Notes: generated by a model not told the origin, from the letters alone. A DNA stretch of 64,000 bases from Candidatus Omnitrophota bacterium (GCA_016196545.1 JACPXM010000020.1:138626-202625); one strand, 5' to 3'; positions 55,989-64,000 are shown, counted from the first letter of the stretch. Translations and numbers: made by a program.

Positions 55989-56211
55989 GATCCTGAATAT
56001 CAGCCCGAACGGGGTCTGGCTGCTGGTGGAGGAGCGGGAGTATTTCCTGCCCTATGAGGAATTTCCATGGTTTGAGAAAGCCACAGTCGGGCAGGTCCGA
56101 GACGTCAAGCTTCTGCACGGACACCACCTGTATTGGAAGGCTCTGGACGTTGATCTGGAGCTAGATTCCTTGAAGGGGCTGTCTTCCTATCCCTTGAAAT
56201 ATGTCGCTTAA
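55948..56211 (+). CDS. DUF2442-family small protein
   Basis: 87 aa with VWLLVEEREYFLPYEEFPWFEKAT...LHWKALDVDLELDSL, typical of DUF2442. It overlaps the DUF4160 gene, the usual pairing. Confidence 0.6.
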   Translation: MKSNKRGKNTSKAEILNISPNGVWLLVEEREYFLPYEEFPWFEKATVGQVRDVKLLHGHHLYWKALDVDLELDSLKGLSSYPLKYVA

Positions 56212-56482
56212 AGGTGGCGGAAGCAGATCCTGACAGCAGAAAGCATGTTCCCTTTGAAATGAAATGAGGGGAAAGGATTTGACAATTCACCCGGCGGGTG
56301 ATAAAAAAGCGAAAGGTTCATGAAATTCCGGCCCCGCATACCGGACTGAACCTAAAGAGGCGTTGCCCCTGTAATTCCAAGGCAAAACAAGCCTGAAAAT
56401 GGGGTGAGATTAAAATATTGGACACCTCTGGTAAAAGAAATTCCGCTATCCCGCATCAAACCCATCCCGCTTAAATAATCCC

Positions 56483-56516
56483 AGAAGACCGCTATCGGGC
56501 CTCAAACCGTAAGTCC
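56483..56516 (+). repeat. left copy of 34-nt direct repeat (AGAAGACCGCTATCGGGCCTCAAACCGTAAGTCC)
   Basis: It matches 62693-62726 at 29/34 positions by hand alignment. A degenerate extra copy of the CCGCTAT...TCAAACC core lies at 56443-56463. Confidence 0.65.
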
Positions 56517-56628
56517 TTATGCCTGCTGAAATTAAAAAGGATTACTGCACCTTTTTTGTGTGAAGATTTTTGAAGAAAGGGTCTTGCTGGTGTTATGCTC
56601 CCGAAAACTTTGAAAGGAGCAAAACGCC

Positions 56629-57552
56629 ATGGCGAGTTTGTCGATTAAAAATTATGAGGATTTGAGAGAACAGTATAGCCGGAGACTGGAGGTGCGCGGT
56701 TATGCGCCCGGAACGATCCGGCTCTACCGGATTTATGTGAATCAATTCATGGGGTTTCTGAAACGCGAGCGGATGAAAAATTTGAGAAAAGTGGATATAA
56801 AAGTTTTAGACGGCTATCAGGATTATTTGTTTGGGAGAGAACGCAAGCTCAAACGTGCGAGCCAGCGAAATAATCTTCACGGCCTGAACAGCTTTTTTAA
56901 ATGGATGAGACGCGAAAAGCTGATTAAGGATAATCCGGTCCAGGAAATGGAGTTTCCCAAAAAACCCAATCCGCTGCCGCGGGGGATTCTCACGGAAAAA
57001 GAAGTCTTTCGGATTTTGGGCAGTGTTGGCCATGAAACAAAATTCGACATTCGCAATAAAGCGCTCCTGGAGCTTCTCTATGCCACCGGAATGCGGAGCG
57101 GCGAGATCGTGAATCTCAGAATTTCCGATTTGAAGTTGGATTACAGCATGGTGCATATTACGAACGCAAAAAACCGGAGGGACCGCGTCATCCCAATGGG
57201 AAAGACGGCCGTGCGTGCCTTGAGAAAATATTTAAAGACCGCGAGAGCTCAATTTCTGGACAAAGGAAAACTGCCGTGGCTCTTTACCAATAACAAAGGG
57301 CGGAAGATGTGGGGCGGCCGGGTTGCGACCATGATCGTGAAAAAATACGCCAAGCAGGCGCGCATTGGTCCGAACGTCACCGCTTATACCCTCCGCCACA
57401 GCATGGGTACCCATTTGGTCCGAAGGGAAGCGCCGCTTCGCTACATCCAGGAACTTTTGGGGCATAAATACATCGTCTCTACCCAGATCTATACCCGCCT
57501 TGTGCCGGAGGATCTCCGGAGGTTTCACCGGAAATACCACCCGAGGGCGTGA
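56629..57552 (+). CDS. tyrosine recombinase / integrase (XerC/D-like), catalytic residues intact
   Basis: 307 aa with ATGMRSGEIVNL, YTLRHSMGTHL and LLGHKYIVSTQIYTRL. Confidence 0.85.
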   Translation: MASLSIKNYEDLREQYSRRLEVRGYAPGTIRLYRIYVNQFMGFLKRERMKNLRKVDIKVLDGYQDYLFGRERKLKRASQRNNLHGLNSFFKWMRREKLIKDNPVQEMEFPKKPNPLPRGILTEKEVFRILGSVGHETKFDIRNKALLELLYATGMRSGEIVNLRISDLKLDYSMVHITNAKNRRDRVIPMGKTAVRALRKYLKTARAQFLDKGKLPWLFTNNKGRKMWGGRVATMIVKKYAKQARIGPNVTAYTLRHSMGTHLVRREAPLRYIQELLGHKYIVSTQIYTRLVPEDLRRFHRKYHPRA

Positions 57553-57632
57553 CCGTTTTTCAAAGGCATAAACATTGATGGTTAAACGGATAGATTTTTT
57601 GCCTCCCAGCATCTATAATTTCCCACAATCTT

Positions 57633-59018
57633 ATGAAGACAAAAAGTATGGCTAAAATAATCGGTGCAAGTGAATCCGCCACGATCGAGTGGAAGCCGTC
57701 GCTTTCCCAGATTAATGAAATTATCGAGACTGTTGCTGCCTTTTCGAATGCGGAAGGCGGTCAGCTGTTCGTAGGTGTCTCAAAAGAGGGGATCGTGAAG
57801 GGTGTTTCCATTGGTAAAGATACGCTCGAAGGCCTTGCGAATCGCATCGCTCAACATACGGAACCGAAGATCCATCCCCGGATTACGGTCATGAGAGTCA
57901 GCAGCGGAGAGATCATCCAACTTCATGTGCAAGAATCCCGGGGAAAACCCGTTTTGGCTGATGGCCGGGCGTATGTGCGCGTAGGTCCTTCAACGAGGCG
58001 TATGGGGAAGGAGGAATTCGAAAGAGTGATTTTGGATAGACACAAAACAGAATTGAATTTCGATTCCCAGGTCTGCAAAGGCGCAAAGATCGCGGACATA
58101 AGCGGGGAACAGATCATTGCTTTTGTCAAGAAAGCCAAACAGGAAGGAAGGCTTGATCTTAATCCTAATGCTCCGGTGCTGGATATGTTGAAGCGATTGA
58201 AGCTGACAACCAAGGATAAGAAGATCACAAATGCGGCAGTCTTACTCTTTGGGAAAGACCCGCAGAAATTCTTTTTGCATTCCGAATTGAAAGCGGTCCG
58301 TTTTCGAGGGTATGATGTTAGCGGAGAGATGATCGATTTCAAAACAATCGGAACGGACGCGATTACATTGCTTGAGAAGGGAGAGAGTTTTATCTTTGAC
58401 CACATTCCCATGAAGGCATGGATCGAGTCGGGAAAGCTCCAGAGGCAGGAGAAATGGCTTTATCCGCCAGAGGCAATAAGAGAGGCCCTGGCCAATGCGC
58501 TGGCGCACCGTGACTATAAAAGCACCGGAAAAGTGCAGGTCAGAATTTTTGACGACCGTATGGAGATCTGGAATCCTGGAAAATTGCCACCTGGATTGAC
58601 GGTTGAAACGCTAAAAGGAGATCACGATTCAGTCCCGACCAATCCCTTAATTGCCGATGCTTTTTTCAGGATCAAGTATGCGGAAGGAGTCGGAACCGGA
58701 ACCAATAGGATCGTCGAGATGTGTACAAAGTGGGGACTTCCAGAGCCGACATTTGAAGAAAAGGGAGGAAGTTTTGTCGTAACCTTCGGGCAATCAAAAT
58801 TGACCGAAGATACTCTGGCGTCCATGGGGTTAAATGAGCGCCAAGCAAAAATTATTGGCTATTTAAAAGAACATCGTCAAATTAATAACCGACAATATTG
58901 CCGTCTAAATGATGTAAGCCGGGGAACGGCTCTCAAAGAGCTGAATGAATTGGTCATAAAGAAGATATTGAAAGCTGTTGGAGGCGGAAGATCGCTTAAG
59001 TACGAGCCGGCCGGCTAA
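57633..59018 (+). CDS. AlbA_2/Schlafen-like domain protein with HATPase_c_4-like region and C-terminal wHTH
   Basis: 461 aa. The N-terminal ESATIEWKPSL...AFSNAEGGQLFVGV is typical of the AlbA_2 divergent-AAA family. The C-terminus NERQAKIIGYLKEH...RGTALKELNELV is HTH-like. Confidence 0.6.
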   Translation: MKTKSMAKIIGASESATIEWKPSLSQINEIIETVAAFSNAEGGQLFVGVSKEGIVKGVSIGKDTLEGLANRIAQHTEPKIHPRITVMRVSSGEIIQLHVQESRGKPVLADGRAYVRVGPSTRRMGKEEFERVILDRHKTELNFDSQVCKGAKIADISGEQIIAFVKKAKQEGRLDLNPNAPVLDMLKRLKLTTKDKKITNAAVLLFGKDPQKFFLHSELKAVRFRGYDVSGEMIDFKTIGTDAITLLEKGESFIFDHIPMKAWIESGKLQRQEKWLYPPEAIREALANALAHRDYKSTGKVQVRIFDDRMEIWNPGKLPPGLTVETLKGDHDSVPTNPLIADAFFRIKYAEGVGTGTNRIVEMCTKWGLPEPTFEEKGGSFVVTFGQSKLTEDTLASMGLNERQAKIIGYLKEHRQINNRQYCRLNDVSRGTALKELNELVIKKILKAVGGGRSLKYEPAG

Positions 59019-59040
59019 TGTTTTTGGTGTGCGATTCGTA

Positions 59041-59082
59041 GGCGAATAATGAGCGAATTGAGCGAATAATGAGCGATTAAGA
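59041..59082 (+). repeat. short tandem repeats of GAGCGAAT-type units
   Basis: GGCGAATAAT GAGCGAATT GAGCGAATAAT GAGCGATTAAG, read directly between the AlbA_2 gene and the next operon. Confidence 0.6.
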
Positions 59083-59128
59083 ATGGCGGCGTTTTGCTGG
59101 CAAAATACCTTAAGAAAGTATCTTAATT

Positions 59129-59560
59129 TTGCAGGAGATTACAGGAATGCAAAAGGTGAAATCAACAGGAATCCCGGAAGACGTGAGGAAGCAGGTCGAT
59201 GAAACCGTCAGGCGTTTCAACGAAAGTTGGTTGAAAGACAGCGGCTGTTCTTATCAAGCGCGTTATGAAGGAAAGTATCTTTACCTCGACCGGAAAGAGC
59301 CCGTCGGAACAGCCTCAATCTGCCGGTTGAAATATACCGGAAAAATGGATGATTGGGAGTTCGCGATTTATAAATACCGTTCGGATCGTTACGATTCGGA
59401 CGAATGGTTTTTCCCCGGTATGGATTGTGTGGACGGAACGATTGAAGGTGCAATGAACGCAGGATTAGAAGCCTATCCTGTCCATGGGAGTTCCAATTTA
59501 TTTGCCAAGATGTTAAACGGATTCAAGCGGATCGCGTGGGTGGCAAATGAGCGCACCTGA
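59129..59560 (+). CDS. hypothetical protein (143 aa)
   Basis: An ORF with no recognisable catalytic motif. It overlaps the next ORF by 14 nt. Confidence 0.5.
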   Translation: MQEITGMQKVKSTGIPEDVRKQVDETVRRFNESWLKDSGCSYQARYEGKYLYLDRKEPVGTASICRLKYTGKMDDWEFAIYKYRSDRYDSDEWFFPGMDCVDGTIEGAMNAGLEAYPVHGSSNLFAKMLNGFKRIAWVANERT

Positions 59561-60605
59561 CGAAGGCGTGCCCTCCCTGGAGCAGTGGAGAGCATTATAC
59601 GCACAAACCGCCCGATTCAAGAAGATCACTCCCTGGAAGTGGATGTGGGACTCGAATTTATTCGGTGTCAAAAACCCAGAAGATGGCGAGACTGGATACT
59701 GCTGTGTGTTGGGAGCAGGAAAAGAAGTTTTTGGCCTGGCTGTTTACTTGGGCCACGAGGGCCTCGAAGGCTACTGGAATGGAGTGAATCACCCGGAGCT
59801 TGCTCATGAAGAAGGCGCTGGTCATATTAAGAGATGTCTCCTTCTTACCTTCGATGATCGCGGGGATCTTGAAGGTACTGATCTTGAGGTTATCAAAAAC
59901 CTCGGTTTTGAATTCAAAGGAGTCAGAGCCTGGCCCCAGTTCCGCAGCTACCGTCCTGGATATTGCCCCTGGCATTTGACCGCAAAAGAAACGCGTTTCC
60001 TAACGCTCGTCCTTGATCAGGCAAACGAGATCGTTCTGCGTTTTAAGGCAAATCCTTCGCTTTTCGATTCTCCCAAACCGCATCATTATTGGGTGAGGGT
60101 CCGGCAAGGCGGGGCGGAGCACGGGGAGTGGAGCGACACTTGGCAAAAGCCTGTTCCGATCACGAGAGTGGTTCAGATCAGCAAAAGTTTTGACTCTCGG
60201 CGCTTGGAGACAATTGCGGCCATGCCCCAAAAACAAATGGCCTGGGAGGTGGATTTTTTTTATACCCCAGCAGTTGTCCGGGAGAAAGGCAGGAGGCCGT
60301 ATTTTCCCATGATGCTCTTATTCAGCGATCACGAATCCTATTTTATTTTCAACGGCCACTTCACCGAGCCCGGCCGCTATCTTGTTGAGCTTCACGAACA
60401 GTTGCTTCAGGCAATTGAAAAGGCAGAAATTCTCCCTGAAGAAATTCTTGTGAAAAAAGAAGAACTGCAGGCTTATTTGAAGCCCCTTTGCGAGCGGTTT
60501 GGCATCGGCGTGAGTTTGGTTGATGATCTCCCCGCCATTCGGGATGCGCGCGGCGGTATGCGTGAATTTCTCGCAGGTGGAAAAGGTCCTAAAGGCCGCC
60601 GGTAA
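59547..60605 (+). CDS. hypothetical protein (352 aa)
   Basis: An ORF translationally overlapped with the upstream gene. The Trp/Gly-rich N-terminal half (ITPWKWMWDSNLFGVKNPEDGETGYCCVLG) recalls uncharacterised DUF families; I cannot name one with confidence. Confidence 0.55.
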   Translation: MSAPDEGVPSLEQWRALYAQTARFKKITPWKWMWDSNLFGVKNPEDGETGYCCVLGAGKEVFGLAVYLGHEGLEGYWNGVNHPELAHEEGAGHIKRCLLLTFDDRGDLEGTDLEVIKNLGFEFKGVRAWPQFRSYRPGYCPWHLTAKETRFLTLVLDQANEIVLRFKANPSLFDSPKPHHYWVRVRQGGAEHGEWSDTWQKPVPITRVVQISKSFDSRRLETIAAMPQKQMAWEVDFFYTPAVVREKGRRPYFPMMLLFSDHESYFIFNGHFTEPGRYLVELHEQLLQAIEKAEILPEEILVKKEELQAYLKPLCERFGIGVSLVDDLPAIRDARGGMREFLAGGKGPKGRR

Positions 60606-60670
60606 TCCCTCGTAGGAAGGTTATCGGCTATGAAATATAAAGAGAAAAAAATGGAAGGATTGCTGCATCA

Positions 60671-61051
60671 TTGGAACGAGACATTTTCTTATGGCTTAAG
60701 CGTCCGGTGATTGCTGAGATGCGCGCGGTGCTCGAATGGGCGCACGAGCGTGCTTTGCGCAGGGACATCCGCTGCGACGGTCCGGATTGGCGGAAGAAAT
60801 ATCCGTCTGACAGGTCTTTCGAAGACATTTTGTCCCATATCAATCAGAAGGCCAAAGGATTTTTCAGGATCATTGTGCGAAAAGGCTGGTTAGGTTTTAT
60901 GGTGAATAAAGAGGATTGCGATATTCTTGATATCGGCATTCATTGCGTGAGGATCAGAGACAAAAAATATTACCTCAATCTTTATTTAGAAGCGGCTCTT
61001 CTCAAAGCGTTAAAGCGGAGATTTGCTTTGACCGAAAAACTCTGCTCGTAA
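60671..61051 (+). CDS. hypothetical protein; start uncertain (TTG 60671, GTG 60707 or ATG 60719)
   Basis: This is the track ORF. A separate SD-equipped 26-codon ORF (60630-60710) overlaps its 5' end in another frame. Confidence 0.4.
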   Translation: MERDIFLWLKRPVIAEMRAVLEWAHERALRRDIRCDGPDWRKKYPSDRSFEDILSHINQKAKGFFRIIVRKGWLGFMVNKEDCDILDIGIHCVRIRDKKYYLNLYLEAALLKALKRRFALTEKLCS

Positions 61052-61066
61052 TGGGAGAAATAATAG

Positions 61067-62575
61067 ATGAATCCATCAACCCAATGCCATTTTTGCGGAA
61101 GTAAAGGCAAGCGGCCGTGTCCTGCCGTTGGAGGCATGATCTGTCCGCACTGCTGCGGTTCCAAAAGAGGGTCTGAGATTTTCTGCCCAAGTGACTGCTA
61201 TTTTTATCCTTTTGGGCCTGCCCAATATGATTCCTTTCTTGCGATTGAGGCATCTTTTGACCGCAAATCTCTTGAATACATTGTCCGCTATTATGGAAAG
61301 GACAAATGGTACGAAACGCTGGACCGCATGGCCGTGAGCGAAAGTGATACGGAATCCGGCGGAATCATCGCCGCGGGAGCGGCAGCATATTATCTTCTCT
61401 TTCATGAAAAGAATGATTCTGGCAGAACGCTGGCGGAAGAATGGGAAAAGGAGAACTGCTCAGGTTTGAACAATGATGAGCGGATCATTCTTAAAGCCCG
61501 GAAGAATTCATCTGCCACGGTGATCGAAATCCAGAAGCTCCTGGATCATCAGACCATGGAATGTATTGATCTTTTCAATCAAAGTCGGTCGCCCTTTTCG
61601 GTGATTGACCGGAGAACAGCAGCGCAAATGCCGCGTTTTACCCGGATTCTCACATGGATTGATGACTATCCTTATTTCAGCCGGCTGGGAGCGGGCGGTA
61701 TTGTCATCTCCGATATCCTGCGCCGCGAAGGAATGGAAATTATCGAAAAGATTGTAAAGCGAAGAGGAAAACCCGACGAGAAGACCGTCAAACGGTATCT
61801 TTCGGAAAATTTTGGAGAGGCAGCTCATATGCTTACGGAGCTTGCCTTCGAAAAAACAAAGGCCATGTTCCGATCGATGGATGTTCACGAGTGTATTGCA
61901 ACTTACGACATAGTCCGGGAACCAGATAAAATCAAAGAGATCCTTGACACCTATCCCGAATTTCAGAGAGAGGAAGAATGCGAGCAGCACGGAACCGTTG
62001 AATATACATGGCTTCGTATCGGCCGTTCGAAAGCCATTGAGAAATCCATGTTCCCCTTGTTCCGTCACAAAGAAGACGAGGAAATGGTTGGGACGCTTGG
62101 GAAGATTCGTGTTTATTCAGACAGGCTTGAGGTAGAGGCCTTCTCCAAGCAAAAATACGAATTCGCCAAAAAGATGGCTGAGAAATATTTCGGATCGAAA
62201 ATTTGCTTGAAACGCGAGTCCGTAGTGGACCTTGCCAAGCAAGTTGCGGAACGCGAAAGGGAAGATTTCGAGGAAGATGAAGACGAGGATTCAGAAGCAG
62301 AAATGCCCGAGTCCATTCCTCTTGAATTGCGCCAGACTGTTATGGCGCAATTCTTTCGCGAACATTATACGAAATTTCTCGACGATTCCGTTCCCGCTCT
62401 GAAGGGGATGTCACCCCGGGAAGCGGCTAAGGACCCGGCGATGCGCCCCGCTTTATTGGAACTCATGAAAGAACATATCCGCGGCATCGAAAATCAGAAC
62501 AAAAAGCAGGGCCTTCAAATCAGCCTTGATTGGGTCCTTGAAGAACTGGGCCTGCTGGAGCTGAAGTCGCCCTGA
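61067..62575 (+). CDS. hypothetical protein (502 aa) with N-terminal Cys-rich zinc-ribbon-like motif
   Basis: The N-terminus has CHFCGSKGKRPCPAVGGMICPHCCGSKRGSEIFCPSDC. An acidic stretch (EDFEEDEDEDSEAE) follows later. The C-terminus has a PALKGMSPREAAKDP helix-type motif. Confidence 0.55.
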   Translation: MNPSTQCHFCGSKGKRPCPAVGGMICPHCCGSKRGSEIFCPSDCYFYPFGPAQYDSFLAIEASFDRKSLEYIVRYYGKDKWYETLDRMAVSESDTESGGIIAAGAAAYYLLFHEKNDSGRTLAEEWEKENCSGLNNDERIILKARKNSSATVIEIQKLLDHQTMECIDLFNQSRSPFSVIDRRTAAQMPRFTRILTWIDDYPYFSRLGAGGIVISDILRREGMEIIEKIVKRRGKPDEKTVKRYLSENFGEAAHMLTELAFEKTKAMFRSMDVHECIATYDIVREPDKIKEILDTYPEFQREEECEQHGTVEYTWLRIGRSKAIEKSMFPLFRHKEDEEMVGTLGKIRVYSDRLEVEAFSKQKYEFAKKMAEKYFGSKICLKRESVVDLAKQVAEREREDFEEDEDEDSEAEMPESIPLELRQTVMAQFFREHYTKFLDDSVPALKGMSPREAAKDPAMRPALLELMKEHIRGIENQNKKQGLQISLDWVLEELGLLELKSP

Positions 62576-62692
62576 TTTCAAACCGTTTTTTTCAGCCTCG
62601 CTGATTTAACCTACCCCCAACAACAATCATTTCCATCCTTATCAAGAAAAAATCCCCATAGCGGGATTTCTCTATCTGGGCCGAAGAAGGTC

Positions 62693-62726
62693 AAAAGACC
62701 GCTATGGGGCTTCAAAACGCAAGTCC
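62693..62726 (+). repeat. right copy of 34-nt direct repeat (AAAAGACCGCTATGGGGCTTCAAAACGCAAGTCC)
   Basis: It matches 56483-56516 at 29/34 positions. An inverted partial copy (CCCCATAGCGGG, 62654-62665) lies 32 nt upstream. Confidence 0.65.
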
Positions 62727-62781
62727 CGGTGACGGCTGACAGTGGCGCATTACAGCGCTCGTTAATGTCCCGGTCAGAGCG

Positions 62782-64000
62782 ATGGTGGGTGCTGGCACAG
62801 GCAATGCCCTTAAACTCGACGGCTACAACGATGTCGTCGGAAAAATCTTCAGCGATACTGCGGGCGGACTGGTTTCGCTTGGCGCCAGCATCGGCCTTGA
62901 TTCCATCGGCGCTCCGCCGATTCTGCAGTCCTTTGTCCCTACATTAATTAGCGGCCTCGTCTCCGGCCTCGGCGAGGGCGGCGGTGGGCCGGGAGGACCG
63001 GGCGATCCAACTCCCCAACAGCAAGGCGACAGCATTTTCAAAAAAATCACCGACAATGTCGCCAAATTTGGACGTGGTGTTGTCAACGCTGGCCAGCAAG
63101 TCATTTCCTTCGGCCAAAAAGTCATCGAAGGCATCGGCTCCGTCACCAAAGCCGGCTTCGCAAAGGCTGTGGATTTTTTTAACGGTGTCTTTGACCGTAA
63201 AACGCAGGAGACGCTTTATCAAGCGGGTAATGGAAGCATTGAGAATGCGATTCTCAACAGCCAGTTTGTACAGTTGGAAGATGGTACATTTAGAAGTTCC
63301 ATCGAATTTGGCGGAGAAACCATTGCCTTGGATTGGAATGAACTCGAGAATAAATTTAGCTATGATGCAGGCAATGTGGCCGTTCGTGCTACAACGCTTG
63401 ATAAAGTTGGAAATATGTTTGAAGGGGATATCGTGTTTGCAGGAGAGATTTACGATGGCATCAAATATACTCAAACATTCGGAATGAATCAAAACATAGA
63501 AATCGTTGATCTGGTAAATAATAAAAAAACGCAGTTTTTTTCAACACAAAATCGGCTCGAATTTGGTGGGGCAGGGTCATTTATATCTGGGGGATTAGAG
63601 TATAATGATAATATTTATGCAAAATATCAAGACGGAATTTTGCACGAAGCGAGTGTAAAACTGTTAGTACCAAATGATATTAGTCAATATCAATTTGCTC
63701 GTGATCTTCAATTAACAGGGGAAGATTTTAGCGACTTCTCAGTAAATCTGAGATTTAATAATGAAACAAAACAAAGCGAATTGACTTGGGGAAGCTATTT
63801 AGGGTCAATTAAAGACGAACTCGCGGCAAACCCAGTAAAACTTTATAATGTGATGTCTAAATTTGATAACCCGGATATTATTGCTGGGACAGCGAAAGCT
63901 TTTGCAGATGCTATTGACCTTCAAGATCAATATGACAAGAAGTTTGATAATTGGGCCGATCAATTCAATGATCCAATTAAAAATTCTTTAAAAGCGATTA
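62782..64000 (+). CDS. large hypothetical protein, 3' end beyond the window (absent from the supplied ORF track)
   Basis: Hand translation of the frame containing 62782 shows no stop from 62740 to 64000 (about 420 codons). The first ATG is at 62782. The protein has a Gly-rich N-terminus (GLGEGGGGPGGPGDPTPQQQ) and then Asn/Asp/Gln-rich sequence. Confidence 0.6.
   Translation, partial: MVGAGTGNALKLDGYNDVVGKIFSDTAGGLVSLGASIGLDSIGAPPILQSFVPTLISGLVSGLGEGGGGPGGPGDPTPQQQGDSIFKKITDNVAKFGRGVVNAGQQVISFGQKVIEGIGSVTKAGFAKAVDFFNGVFDRKTQETLYQAGNGSIENAILNSQFVQLEDGTFRSSIEFGGETIALDWNELENKFSYDAGNVAVRATTLDKVGNMFEGDIVFAGEIYDGIKYTQTFGMNQNIEIVDLVNNKKTQFFSTQNRLEFGGAGSFISGGLEYNDNIYAKYQDGILHEASVKLLVPNDISQYQFARDLQLTGEDFSDFSVNLRFNNETKQSELTWGSYLGSIKDELAANPVKLYNVMSKFDNPDIIAGTAKAFADAIDLQDQYDKKFDNWADQFNDPIKNSLKAI

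Noticed and set aside
59041-59082. Whether the short tandem repeats are a CRISPR array.
   Set aside because: The units are ~10 nt and contiguous with no spacers, and no cas genes are present. This is not CRISPR.
62823-63492. Track ORFs 62823-63149(-), 62944-63492(-) and 62984-63487(+).
   Set aside because: All overlap a much longer uninterrupted plus-strand frame (62740-64000) whose composition is more protein-like. They are probably shadows of it.

Overview
This window looks like a diderm bacterium's chromosome. The lineage cannot be identified from sequence alone. About 50 kb is core genome and the last ~13.4 kb is a mobile-element-rich accessory region.

Core genes, left to right:
- Two tandem RND efflux permeases, followed by a translationally coupled small HAMP-like membrane protein.
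- A conserved nusA-infB-rbfA-truB-ribF-rpsO-pnp-dut-ftsK block.
- A ~15-kb phosphate supercluster on the minus strand: a ROK kinase-ppx-ppk-sixA operon, a porin-pstSCAB-phoU operon, phoBR, and a divergent CYTH gene.
- A SulP/STAS permease, pirin and two lipoproteins.
- A minus-strand operon of desaturase, ferritin, tandem-REC protein, ECF-like sigma and anti-sigma.
- A MacB/Lol-like ABC exporter with its adaptor, a frameshifted DoxX gene, a beta-carbonic-anhydrase-like gene and an LMF-family membrane protein.
- A GT4-fusion/GH130 sugar gene pair.

Core intergenic regions carry two recurrent palindromic repeat families that sometimes sit side by side, as in REP/BIME elements. Family A has a CACACCCGGTGTG core. 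Family B has a GGTACCAGGTTC core.

The accessory region (from ~50.6 kb) contains:
- An IS256-family element inserted in a DUF3800-like gene remnant.
- An orphan toxin-like C-terminal module with an overlapping small 2-TM ORF.
- A catalytically degenerate tyrosine-recombinase homolog abutting an rve transposase, and a DUF4160/DUF2442 pair.
- A ~6.2-kb one-strand cassette bounded by 34-nt imperfect direct repeats. It carries an intact tyrosine recombinase, an AlbA_2/Schlafen-like protein and a four-gene operon of unknown function. This is the best candidate for an undescribed system.
- A long ORF that runs off the 3' end and is missing from the supplied ORF track.

No rRNA, tRNA or CRISPR array was found by eye.
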